NCBI GenBank assembly: GCA_964016885.1
Contig: OZ024743.1
Span: 302,312,001 to 302,376,000, forward strand
DNA: 64,000 nucleotides
Source of the DNA: Eledone cirrhosa
Lineage: Eukaryota
Direction of reading: 5' to 3'
The notes under the pieces were generated by a model. The model was not told the DNA's origin. It ran no database searches and worked only from the letters and a program-made list of their open reading frames with translations. Position numbers and translations under genes: made by a program. Positions 26,765-40,042 of the stretch are shown here, in pieces. Each line of letters starts with the position of its first letter. The first letter of the stretch is position 1.

Positions 26765-26799
<35 letters not shown>

Positions 26800-26803
<4 letters not shown>

Positions 26804-27907
26804 TAACAGATTAAAGTTTAAGCAAATAATTGCTGATTTTACCCTTATTGGGATCTTCTGAAACTGACAAAGTCAATCTGTAAGCGCAGAAGTGAATATT
26901 TCAAAAAACGTTGCAACCGGAGGAACACAGGAATACGATACTTTGGTTCGTGGAAACGTTCCCTGGCAAAGAACGGGAAAAAACGAATATATTGATTCTA
27001 TATGTTATGGCGTATATTTTATATATTCTGGTACATATGCTTTTGGTTATGTGTATACGTGAGTTTTGCGTCTGTGCGAGTATGCGGGTTCGTACGTATG
27101 TAGGGTGTGTTTATATGTGTACTTCGTGTTTTGGTTGACGTTGGCTCCGAAGATTTGTGTTTTTACATGTAGGTATGTGTGTGCGATTGTTATATACGTA
27201 TTTATTTATTTATATACGTTTATTTAATTATTCGTATACACGCACGCACACACACACATTTTTATATGTGCGTGTATTTGTATACCTATGGCGAGTGTGT
27301 TCGCGTATGCTTGTGTATGTACGTATTCGGATGCGTGTATGTATTTATTTAATTTCAATTACCTCTGTATTGTATTTACTTTATTCTTAACTCTGAAGCC
27401 GAGAATCATTCGGTTTCCTAGTTAGAATTTTATTCTACGACTTCAGCTATACCATTTACGTGGTTTTGTCATTGCGTGCAATTGTTCTCAACGCTCCACA
27501 TGTGACGTATTATCTTCGTTTTTTCCGTTCATTACCAGAGAACGTCTCTATGAACTACCTAAGAGAATATTAGTCTACGACTTCTTTTATACCATAAACG
27601 TGGTTCTGTCTTTGCGCGTAATTGTTTTTCACCGCTCCAAATAATGACGTATTATATTCGTTTTTTCCCGTTCTTTGCCATGGAACGTTTCCACGAACCA
27701 AAGTATCGTCTTCCTGTCTTCCTCCGGTGCAACGTTTTTTGAAATATTCAGTTCTGCGTTTACAGATTGACTTTGTCAGTTTCAGAAGATCCCGTTATGG
27801 GTGAAAGCAGCGATTCTTTGCATTAAAATGTAATCTGTTATTTCATAAATATTTACTCTACGGTTCTTATATATTTGATATATATTTATCCTTATCGAGC
27901 CCTCTTT
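26800..27907 (+). mobile_element. Family G fold-back element (inverted arm + arm with tail)
   Basis: 26800-26991 is inverted at ~27655-27843. Tail to 27907. Internal ~140-bp tandem duplication at 27434-27698. Homologues at 44820-45930 and 62507-62566. Confidence 0.8.
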
Positions 27908-28059
27908 GTGTGTGTGTGTGTGTGTTATATTTGGGGAGGGTCATATTGTTATAAATTGCCAGAATTGATAATAGAACACACTCACTGTTTGGTTCGGGTT
28001 GGTTTTCTCTGTTCTATCTTTTATATCTGAATAGTTAATTTATTATATATATTCCAAGT

Positions 28060-30143
28060 GGCACGAGACAACAAAACTCCAAAGGAACCAGATCAAGCCG
28101 ACCTTATAAACGTCACAGATGATTTTTGTCAAAAGTTACGTTTAGGAGAATTCTTCCAAGGTGTAGAATACGAGGAAAAATAACTAGTATGAAACAAAAA
28201 GAACTTCAGACCTGCGTTAAATAGAGACACAGACACCTCGAGGATCAAATGATGCAGAGACAAAACATAAACACAACATTCCTACAGACCAAAGCAAACT
28301 ACAAAACACTCCTCAATAATCATAAAAGAATCGGACAAAGGTGGAGCTATCACCATCATGGACAAAAAGCACTACAAGGATATAGTCCTAGAATAGTTGA
28401 ATAACGAGGATTTTTACAGAAAATCGATGATTAAAGTAGGCAAACTGACGACCAAATATCAAAGCAACCTCACACTAAAAGAAATCAATTACTTAACCAA
28501 CTTCTAAATGAAAACTAGCAACGTCTATGGTTTACCGAATGCCTACAAATCCAGAGAAATCAAGAAAAAACATAAAATGCAAAAATACATCATATGTTGA
28601 AGTACCAAAACCGACAGATTTAAAATTACGCCCAATTGTTGCTGGTCCAGCCTCAAGCACACAACGTCTAAGCAACCTATTAGACATCATACTGAAACCC
28701 TTATGTAAAAGAGTGCCAGGCTTCATCAGAAATGAGAGGGAATTCCTGAACTATATCCCCCAGAAAGTACACCAAGCAACAATCTTAGCCAGCTTTGACG
28801 TAACAAGCTTATATACTAACATCCCACATGACTTAGGATTTGAAGCTGTTGACTTCTGTATTACGAAACACCCAGACTACATTTCAGAGATATTGCTCAA
28901 AACATTTATTTTGTAAGGACTCAAACTAGTGCTGGAGAACAACCACTTCCTTTTTGATAACGAAATATATTTACAAATAAAAGGAACGGACCTGGGCACC
29001 AAAGTGACCCCAAAAGAATCAACACAAGTTATGGGCCATCTAGAGGCAAAATTACATTCCAAACTGCAGCAAACATTCGCCACCTACATTAATCACCAAT
29101 GGAGATGCTACCTAGACGACTGCTTCATCTTCTAGAATAGAAGCCAAGAAGACCTGCAAAGATTCCATTACATCATAAACAATCTTCACGAAGAAATAAA
29201 ATTCACTATGGAATGTAATAAAAAGGAACTACCGTTTCTGGATATCCTTATCATTAAGGAAAAAGAAAATATCAAAACGGAAATATTTTACAAACCAACA
29301 GACGCACCAATACTTGAATTTCCGTTCAGCACACCTATCACATACCAAAAGAAACATTCCTTGTAACATGGCAAGACGCATCTGCACCATAGTAACACAC
29401 CCCACACTACAGGAAAAAAGATTATATGAATTAAAAGAGTTCCTTAAAAGACGAGAATATCCGGTGAACCTCATCAACACAGCCATCTCCAAAGCCCAGA
29501 ACATCCCAGTGACAACACTGAGGAAAACAAAGCAACAAGATAGAATGGAAAAAAACAGTTATCCCTTTTGTCATCACTCCCAATCCCAGAAACCTCAACA
29601 TTGTGAATGCCGCCAAACAATATCTTCCGATTCTCAAGAAGTCCCCTAAATGAATGCACTCATAAAATACGCACAAATTATATATAGTTGACGCCAAGCA
29701 CCCAACCAAAATAAACTGCTTACCAAGACTCATTGTACGTCTAATAATCAATCAATGCAAGTTAAGAAATGCAGGGACCCTCGATGCGGAATTTGCGAAC
29801 ACATTGAAGAGAGTGGACAAATCTCTTTTAAAAACAACCAGTCTTTCACAGTTAATGCAAAACCAAAAACTTGATTTACTGCGCAACCTGCCCATAATGT
29901 AAAGAATCCTACATCGGTGAAACCGGAACAAATCTACATCACAGAGTTCGAGTACATAAACAACAAATTAGAGACCCCTCTGTCAGAAACACCACGTGCA
30001 GTGAACACTCCGCAACATGCGGAAAGAGACATTTCACAATTTTCCAGTCTTTAAGATATGGTCGGACAAAGAACACTTCCGAAAATATAAAGAAGAATTC
30101 TTCATTAGAAAATACAAACCAGTACAGAACACAAAAAAGTGAC
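28060..30143 (+). pseudogene. Neptune-like PLE RT-GIY-YIG relic
   Basis: SDKGGAITIMDK, LKLRPIVAGP, ASFDVTSLYTNIPH, WRCYLDDCF, LPFLDILI, linker KCRDPRCGICEH, NLIYCATC..YIGETG and RVRVHKQQI. Many frameshifts. The clade call from the CxxxxCxxC linker is inference. Confidence 0.9.
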
Positions 30144-30543
30144 ATGCCATCTTCAAGTAACGGGATTCTCCCCGTCTCTTTTCTATAAAAAAAATATCAT
30201 ATTGAAAAAGAAAAATAGTTTATGACACCCGTACTTGCAAACATTCGATCGCTGAATAACCCTCAGAGGTACAATAACATTTCATTAATTTCCCCTTTCC
30301 CACACCAATGTCTATGTGGACTTAAACACTTGAGTAGATGTGTGTACATATATGTATGTACAGAAATGTTTTTTTTCATATATGTGCCTGTAGGTATACA
30401 CATATTGTGTACATGTTTATATGTATATGCGCATAAGTGTAAGTGTATATATGTGTATGCATGCACGTCCGAATGCGTGATATATATTATATATATATAT
30501 ATATGTGTGTTTGCGTGTGTGTATGTGTGTATGTATATATGTG

Positions 30544-30614
<71 letters not shown>

Positions 30615-32450
30615 ATATATGTGTGTGTGCATGTGTATATATTTATGCGTATGCATGTGTGTCTATATATGTGTATGTGTGTGTATATATATGTATATGG
30701 GTGTGTATAAATATGTGTGTGTGCATGTGTTGATATGCGTGTGTATGTATGTATGTATGTAATATATATGGACACTAAATATATTGCCATATAGGAAGTG
30801 AATATGTGAGCTAGCATGCCCCCTCCCCCATAACAGTTCCTCTCCCAAACCAATATCAACAACACATTTTTGATAAATGTTCCAAAACTATCCTTCTTTT
30901 CTCTTTTTACTGTCATCCCATTCTCATCAAAACCTCATTGCACCTCATTAAAACCAAGACACGCACCTAAATTCATTTTTGATATAGAGATTTGTAGATT
31001 ATTTAAAAATTCAAGAGAGTTGATTCGGCTATAAGAAATAATTTGAAAATGACCCTCCCATGATATACTCATCAAAGGTCGGCCAATGAAATAAAATCAG
31101 CAGGAGAGGATGTTTACAACACCCTTCTCAAACACTCTTACCTTGCAACCTACCCATTTTCTGAGTGTATATATGAGTGTGTGCATGTATGTGCGTGGGT
31201 GTGTATGATTTTAAATCCTCCAAACTTCATCTACACTCATTAACACCACACCCCATACACATCCAAATCTCTCTTATATATAGTCACACGTCTCAACACA
31301 ATCTGATCTCAGTTTCACAATTGCCACCGACGAATGCGAGAAAGTTCTCCAGCAAAGTTAACCAGGAATCTTTAATAAACTTCCCGCCGAAGTTAACAAA
31401 GAACTTACTAGATCTACCAACTCATAATATTATAATATTATAAAATTAATTCAAATTATTTAACACTACAAGTGAAGTCATTATGTTCCTTTTTTTTTCA
31501 AATAATATACCTAACTGTACCAAGGATCTCAAACATTTTCCAATATTATATATATAAAATACATTCTAGGTTTCTACATTCGTAAAAAACAACCGATTTT
31601 TAAGTTCCTGTATTTTATCATGTTTCTCTAACAATAAACAACGGCATAGTGGCCACAAAATGTACATTTAATCTGCTATGATGTGTCTTTTTTGTCATCT
31701 GTTGTCTTATTAATTATCATTTTGCCTTCCAATTTCCTATTCATTGTTATTTTTTTTTTAACTGTCTCTCAATGGCTTTTGATTCGTGTTTACAGGGGGT
31801 ATTATATACCTAAGAGCGTTTTAATTTGATTAAATACATGCTCGTATGATTTCAATTCCACCTACAGTGTACTAAAGAAAGTTAGTACAATTAAATATAA
31901 ATGGTATGGATACGCTAAATATTTACATTGTATATTAGTAAGAATTTAACGCGCATTCATTTCTTTCCTATATTTACGTTTATTCTTAAAGATATATATG
32001 GAAATGTGTATCCATAAGTTAGTTAAGCGAAACTAGATTTTAATTTTATACATGACGTTGAAATACATTCATATTTCAGTATGAATGTATATATGCACAC
32101 ACATAGACATACACGCACAAACATACGCATATATAATATAATTATGTACGTATCCGTTCAATAAAGTGTGTAGTGTGTATATAATTATATATGCATGTTC
32201 ATCCTTTCAATCTGTTAGTGTTTCCTTCTAATTCCAAAAAAGGAATGTAGTTGATTATAACGTTCCCAGTTATTAATTGCTTCAATCCAGGCATTTATAA
32301 TTTAAGCCTCTAGTTATGTGACATTCACGAACAATGAAGGCAAGTACAGGCGCGGGCAAAGATGATGGAAGCTTAAAGTACATGCGGTGGGGTTTGAATA
32401 TAAATTTACTATACATAAGTATGTTGTCTAAAAACAATATGTGTTGATAA

Positions 32451-33005
32451 ATGGGATCAAATATTAACTTCACGATGAAATACAGCCATCAACAACTCCC
32501 CTTCCTCGACATCCTCATTAAGATCCATAACAAAAAAATAGAAACAGACATATACTACAAGCCCACAGACTCCAAGCAATATTTCCCCTTCAACTCTTGC
32601 CACCCTAGACACGTTAACATTAATATTCCCTACAACTGTGGCATTTGCATCAACCTAATAGAGGGTTCGGAATTCTATTTCAAAGATGGACAACGTTTTA
32701 TAGTAAAACACAATTTCACATGTGCATCGGAAAATCTAATATATGTATTAACTTGTTCAGGTTGTCGAGAACAATACATAGGCCAGACCCAAAACAGCCT
32801 CCGCCAACGCATGACTGTCCATAGATCCCAAATCAAAATACGGGAATACAGGAAAATACCACTGAGTGAACACATTGATACATGTGCCGCCCAAAATCAT
32901 CCCAACTTCAGAATCTTTCCCCTCTACAAATTTAAAGACAATGCCACCTACACCCAGCGCATCAGCAAGGAATCTTACTTCATTAACAATACGGACCCCG
33001 TCTAA
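32451..33005 (+). pseudogene. Neptune-like PLE fragment: RT thumb fused in frame to GIY-YIG
   Basis: INFTM..LPFLDILI..IETDIYYKPTD..SCHP..NIPYN|CGICINL..NLIYVLTC..C..YIGQT..LRQRMTVHRSQI. Confidence 0.88.
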
Positions 33006-33179
33006 ACACTTCTCCCTAAGACGAACCCACAACATACACACGTCAACATACATACCTACATCAGCACACATCTCTACCCACATATAAACACAATGACATA
33101 CGTAAACACACATGCTCTATGGTGCAACACAAAAAAATATATGTGCATATATATGTGTATATATATATGTATATATGTA

Positions 33180-33213
<34 letters not shown>

Positions 33214-33364
33214 GTGAATATATGTATGTGTATATATATATAGTGAATATCATTTCACACCTTTTATTGTTAAGATTTTTGATGTTCTATTAAGAGAACC
33301 AATTTTACTGAAAAAATAGAATAATGTACACCATTTTCGCAGGGGGAAAAACTACTGGTCCACC

Positions 33365-33398
<34 letters not shown>

Positions 33399-33669
33399 CA
33401 CACACACATACACACGCGTACATCAACATACAAAGTGACTTATATATACACACACACACACACTTCTCCGTATAAGACAAAAGCTGAAAAATATCTTTTG
33501 ACATGCTAAAATACCATTGCTTTCAAACACATTCTTACTGACCATCCCTGTCACCACGAATTACTCTGCAATACACACACACACACACACACTTATCTTA
33601 ATAGCCATTTGACACACATCGCTGCTAACCATTATCACAACATCGAACACCTTAATACTACTACTACTA

Positions 33670-33719
<50 letters not shown>

Positions 33720-34066
33720 TTGTTGTGAAAGAGTCATTTCTCAATCTTGGCGCAAAACCAATTTGTTATTCACATGACCTCTACCGACCAATCAAAATTG
33801 TTTTGACCACAATAATTTTTGCTGGAGCCACTTTTTTAACATAAAAACAGGTAGAATTCCCAAAACTAATCAGATCAGAGCAAACAGCACGGACACTCTA
33901 TCTCAAAATTATTTTTGAAAAGCATTTAGAAATGCGCAACCGGTAAAAACTTAAAAACTTAAAACCACAACTGAATACTAACCCATACAATCACTAATAC
34001 TCTTTTATTCCTAATTAAACCATTTTTCAACTGTGAACAATTTGTCAGCATTTTCTATTCCGTTTA

Positions 34067-34620
<554 letters not shown>

Positions 34621-34695
34621 TAAAGCACTCGACAAATATTTGGAGTATATTTACAATATTAAATAAATGGAAAACTATATTTATAAAACCATATT

Positions 34696-34761
34696 TATTT
34701 CATTATATATATTTCGGGGATATCATATTAACAATATGCTATCCCTTCATCAGACAAAATA
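34696..34761 (-). ncRNA. Type-I hammerhead ribozyme in the PLE 3' end
   Basis: Minus strand: TATTTTGT-CTGATGA-A GGGAT AG CATATT gtt AATATG AT ATCCC C-GAAA-TATATA-TA-ATGAAATA. Confidence 0.85.
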
Positions 34762-35139
34762 CAATATAAACAGTTTTATAGATAAATATATTCGACATAC
34801 CGTAATAAACATCAACTTCATTTGAAGAGGTTTACGCTAGCAGTGAAAATACAGAGAGAAAGAAAGAGAGAGAGAAAAGAGGGAAATAAGAAAGAAAGAA
34901 AGACAAAACGAAGAAAAGGAAGAAAAAGAAGAAGAAGAAAAAGAAAAAGAAAAAGAAAAAGAAGAAATGCATGGGACAAAATAGAGAGATGGAAAAATAG
35001 ATAAAGCGAAGAGCTTCATGTAAAGAGACAGAAAGATATATATATATATATAGAGAGAGGAAATAGAGATAGATACATATATATATATAGAAAATTAGGT
35101 AGTGGGAGGTCATTTTGAGTAAGTGTATCAATGATGCAT

Positions 35140-35174
<35 letters not shown>

Positions 35175-36348
35175 GCTCAAGTATTAATGTAAGGGAGATA
35201 TATAGAGAGATATAGAGAGATATAGAGAGAGAAAAAATTTAAAAATAGCCAGACATATTCGAGGCGTAGAAAACCCTATGTTTTAATGTATTAGTATTTA
35301 TAAAACTTACACTATATTGTAAATATCAGTATTCCTGAATGAAACAAGTATTCACAATGCGTGAAAATTCATTATCTTATGTTTAGTTTTTAAAAAATTC
35401 ATATGTCTATGTGACAGCTACAAACATCAATGTGAATCCAACTGATTCACTCCGCAAATTCTAAGTTACCGGAAAACATTCTCAATGTGGTATAAACATT
35501 TGAGCGTATTATTATTCTTGCGATTACTCTACAAGATTATCTATCAAGCAGAAATAGAGAGCAGATTTCAATATACTAATCGAAAATATATATTATATTA
35601 TAAACAAAGATAACAATAATAATGATAATAAGTAAAAATATATAAAAATATAGAATAGAAAACTAAAAAAATATTACGAAAGAATATTACATAATAAAAA
35701 TATTGCATATTAAAAATACTACGTATTAAAAATATTACGTATTGAAAATTTACATATAAAAATAAACATATAAAAATATTAAAAATAAAAATTTACATAT
35801 AAAAATATTAAAAATAAAAATTTAAATATAAAAATATTAAAAATAAAAATAAAATAAAATAAAATAAAAAATAAAAAATAAAAATATTATAGAATACTAC
35901 AATACTAAAAGAATAAAAATAAAAATAAAAATAAAAATAAAAATAAAAATAAAAATAAAAATAAAAATAAAAATAAAAATAAACCACAAAGAACAACCCT
36001 TCAAAGTTAATTGACAACATATTGCCAAGTTCATTACAAGACAAAGCCAAAAATTATCTATCAAATCACATCTAGCAAGGAATATCGCAAAAAAGATTAT
36101 GATGTCCAATAATGTCTACATATGTTCCTATATTTAATATATAAGTTTATCTAGTGTAAGGTTAATTCAAAAAATTTGGAGCATCGGCTTTTAGGGTAGC
36201 TTAATTTTTCATGAGGCGTGTTTAGATAAAAATAAAAATAAATAAAATAAAATAAACAATAAAAAGAGTAAAAAGAGGGAATCAAAGATTTAGGAATCAA
36301 AAGATTTATCGGCTAGTTCTCATATAAATATAAATCAAACTAAATATA

Positions 36349-37971
36349 CTACATTTTAAATTTAAATTTATATTTAAACGTTGAGTTTAATCTATGTTTG
36401 CAACAACTGAATAAATTTGTCCGTAGGTTAAGGGAATTTTTAGATTTTAGTATAAAGAATATCTCCTCTGCGCAGAGGTCACATGTCTCAGAGGATGAAT
36501 TAAAAAGAATCCCTCTTGAGACTATATTCCAAGCCGTCGAATATCTAACGTTATCTAGCTTAAGTTGCCAGAGTACCCCTGATAGTGCCGTTGAAGATTT
36601 TTTATTTGGATCTGTGAAAGAATTCTTGTGGTTATTATAGCGAAGTTTAAATTCCGTCGATGTGGAACCGACGTAGTTAAAAGAATTAGAGTCAGTATTA
36701 ACATTACAATTGTATACTATATTTTTAACTAAGCAGTTGTTATTTAACGGACATTTAGATCTATCTCTACAGTTACATTTGTTAACTTGTATATTATTTA
36801 TGCTATTATCAGTAGGTTTTAAGTTCCTATTATTTATTCTATTAATATTTTGTGCTAAATTTTTGGTGGATGAGTAGGTTAATTTAATTGTATGCCTATT
36901 GAAGATTGAGTGGTACCTATGTGTTCTAGGGAAGCGATTATCAAGAGCTTTGAAAAATAATTTAGCGATGTGGGTTTTAATGTTTAGTGAGAAAGGGGGG
37001 GCAAACCAAATTATGTTCCTAGTTCTATTTCTTTGTTGTCCTTTGGAATTATTGTAATGCTTTCTATTATAGTTGTTAATGTTGTTGCCGTAATTAAAAA
37101 AGTTGTTACTTTGTTTAGTTTGTTTATCATTATCTATGTACACAATCTTATCAGCATACCCTGCCCTAGCTAGTGCATCATTATAGTATTGGGCCTTTTC
37201 GTCAAAAATCTTTCTATTCGACGAGATCCTAGAGATACGTTTTTGGACTGAGTTTACTATAGTGTTTTTGACAGATCTGGGGTGGTTAGAGTTAAAGTTG
37301 ACATAGTTTAAGTTTTCATTCAACTTGTGAAAAGGATAGTGGAGACATGTGTTGAGATTTAATGTTATATCTAGGAAATTGACTATTCTATGGTTGTTCT
37401 CAATTTCTATTTTAAGGTTAAAGTAATTAAAAAATTTTGTAATTTGTTTACATTTTCTATTTAGTTCAGGGTTATTATTATTAATAAGTAAAAGCATGTC
37501 ATCCCTATATAAACCTCCGGTAGTACCAGGTATTTTCCTATGTAGCGAATTGATTAAAAATAAGCCCACAAGGTCAGTTACCTGAGCTGAGTCGGAAGAT
37601 CCCATAGTTATGTCAAAATTGCTATCTCTATCTGCTCTGGTCCATAATTTGTCATCAAATTCTATCAAAGTTTTCCTAGCCGATAATATAATATGCATTT
37701 CTTTGCTAGTTAGGTCCGTATGTTTGAATGCGTAATTTAGTGCCTTATTTAGTAGACTAGGGGTAATAGAAGAATAATAGTTAGCTATATCAAGTTGAAT
37801 AAACCTATTATTATTGTCATATTTAATTTGCCTAAACCACTCAACAACCTCTCCAGTTCTCTTCCACAAGCTCAGGTTAGATACACAATCCAAGTTCTTA
37901 ATTTGCAGTATCACCATGTCAAGAATGTTTTTGCTTAATTTGCCCAGGTCCGATTTTGAAGGTGCGATCAA
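36349..37971 (-). CDS. PLE reverse transcriptase + GIY-YIG endonuclease (uninterrupted, N-terminally truncated)
   Basis: 540-aa ORF with QLDIANYYSSI, MGSSDSA, LYRDDML, NFLDITL, SNHP, WFAPPFS, CNCRDRSKCPLNNNC, IVY..YVGST..FKLRYNNH and CDLCAEE..CKH. The frame is open up to the inversion junction at ~37987. The native start is missing. Confidence 0.93.
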   Translation of the reverse strand: MIAPSKSDLGKLSKNILDMVILQIKNLDCVSNLSLWKRTGEVVEWFRQIKYDNNNRFIQLDIANYYSSITPSLLNKALNYAFKHTDLTSKEMHIILSARKTLIEFDDKLWTRADRDSNFDITMGSSDSAQVTDLVGLFLINSLHRKIPGTTGGLYRDDMLLLINNNNPELNRKCKQITKFFNYFNLKIEIENNHRIVNFLDITLNLNTCLHYPFHKLNENLNYVNFNSNHPRSVKNTIVNSVQKRISRISSNRKIFDEKAQYYNDALARAGYADKIVYIDNDKQTKQSNNFFNYGNNINNYNRKHYNNSKGQQRNRTRNIIWFAPPFSLNIKTHIAKLFFKALDNRFPRTHRYHSIFNRHTIKLTYSSTKNLAQNINRINNRNLKPTDNSINNIQVNKCNCRDRSKCPLNNNCLVKNIVYNCNVNTDSNSFNYVGSTSTEFKLRYNNHKNSFTDPNKKSSTALSGVLWQLKLDNVRYSTAWNIVSRGILFNSSSETCDLCAEEIFFILKSKNSLNLRTNLFSCCKHRLNSTFKYKFKFKM

Positions 37972-39011
37972 TCTAACTGGCAGGTCATTTTTATCTAAAC
38001 ATTCCTCATGAAAAATTAAGCTACCCTAAAAGCCGATGCTCCAAATTTTTTGAATTAACCTTACACTAGATAAACTTATATATTAAATATAGGAACATAT
38101 GTAGACATTATTGGACATCATAATCTTTTTTTCGATATTCCTTGCTAGATGTGATTTGATAGATAATTTTTGGCTTTGTCTTGTAATGAACTTGGCAATA
38201 TATTGTCAATTAACTTTGAAGGGTTGTTCTTTGTGGTTTATTTTTATTTTTATTTTTATTTTTATTTTTATTTTTATTCTTTTAGTATTGTAGTATTCTA
38301 TAATATTTTTATTTTTTATTTTTTATTTTATTTTATTTTATTTTTATTTTTAATATTTTTATATGTAAATTTTTATTTTTAATATTTTTATATGTAAATT
38401 TTTATTTTTAATATTTTTATATGTAAATTTTTAATACGTAATATTTTTAATACGTAGTATTTTTAATATGCAACATTTTTATTATGTAATATTCTTTCGT
38501 AATATTTTTTTAGTTTTCTATTCTATATTTTTATATATTTTTACTTATTATCATTATTATTGTTATCTTTGTTTATAATATAATATATATTTTCGATTAG
38601 TATATTGAAATCTGCTCTCTATTTCTGCTTGATAGATAATCTTGTAGAGTAATCGCAAGAATAATAATACGCTCAAATTTTTATACCACATTGAGAATGT
38701 TTTCCGGTAACTTAGAATTTGCGGAGTGAATCAGTTGGATTCACATTGATGTTTGTAGCTGTCACATAGACATATGAATTTTTTAAAAACTAAACATAAG
38801 ATAATGAATTTTCACGCATTGTGAATACTTGTTTCATTCAGGAATACTGATATTTACAATATAGTGTAAGTTTTATAAATACTAATACATTAAAACATAG
38901 GGTTTTCTACGCCTCGAATATGTCTGGCTATTTTTAAATTTTTTCTCTCTATATATCTCTCTATATCTCTCTATATCTCTCTATATATCTCCCTTACATT
39001 AATACTTGAGC

Positions 39012-39050
<39 letters not shown>

Positions 39051-39430
39051 ATGCATCATTGATACACTTACTCAAAATGACCTCCCACTACCTAATTTTC
39101 TATATATATATATATGTATCTATCTCTATTTCCTCTCTCTCTATATATATATATATCTTTCTGTCTCTTTACATGAAGCTCTTCGCTTTATCTATTTTTC
39201 CATCTCTCTATTTTGTCCCATGCATTTCTTCTTTTTCTTTTTCTTTTTCTTTTTCTTCTTCTTCTTTTTCTTCCTTTTCTTCGTTTTGTCTTTCTTTCTT
39301 TCTTATTTCCCTCTTTTCTCTCTCTCTTTCTTTCTCTCTGTATTTTCACTGCTAGCGTAAACCTCTTCAAATGAAGTTGATGTTTATTACGGTATGTCGA
39401 ATATATTTATCTATAAAACTGTTTATATTG

Positions 39431-39496
39431 TATTTTGTCTGATGAAGGCATAGTATATTGTTAATATGATATCCCCGAAATATATATAATGAAATA
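39431..39496 (+). ncRNA. Type-I hammerhead ribozyme (inverted-arm copy)
   Basis: CTGATGA at 39439-39445 and GAAA at 39477-39480. Two substitutions in stem II relative to the 34696 copy. Confidence 0.8.
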
Positions 39497-39621
39497 AATA
39501 TGGTTTTATAAATATAGTTTTCCATTTATTTAATATTGTATATAAATATATATGTATATATATATATATAATATATATGTATATATATATATAATATATA
39601 TGTATATATATATATATATAT

Positions 39622-39916
39622 ATATTGTTATACTTTGGGAGGGTCATGTTGCCAATAAGAAACACACGCACCAGTTGCTTCACTTCAATTTATTATAATA
39701 AATTTACAATAAATTTATAAATTCCTTGTTGGTTGGTTGGAACCAACCAACCAACCAGAAATTTATAAATTTATTGTAAATTTATTATAATAAATTGAAG
39801 TGAAAGCAACTGGTGCGTGTGTTTCTTATTGGCAACATGAACCTCCAAAATATAACAATATCGGTTTCAACACACGATTTCAGAAAAAGAATCTTGCTAA
39901 ACAAATTCAGAAACGA
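39622..39916 (+). mobile_element. Family C fold-back mini-insertion (~120-bp arms + ~55-nt tail)
   Basis: Palindrome centred at ~39741 (TTGGTTGG aa CCAACCAA). Tail CGGTTTCAACACACG...GAAACGA. (TA)n flanks. Confidence 0.88.
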
Positions 39917-39936
39917 TATATATATATATATACACG

Positions 39937-40042
<106 letters not shown>

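Larger units (their letters stand above)
34621..39540 (-). mobile_element. Young 5'-truncated/inverted Penelope-like element
   Basis: Inverted repeats 34652-36233 and 37987-39540 are nearly identical and enclose the ORF. A ~30-nt tail (34621-34651) is present only at the 3' end. (TA)n on both flanks. Confidence 0.95.

Noticed and set aside
36349-37971. Naiad/Chlamys-type permuted or selenoprotein PLE
   Set aside because: GIY-YIG is C-terminal and there is no in-frame TGA.
34652-39540. Long-TIR DNA transposon or Polinton
   Set aside because: The enclosed ORF is a PLE RT/GIY-YIG truncated at the arm junction, and the arms are its own 3' UTR.
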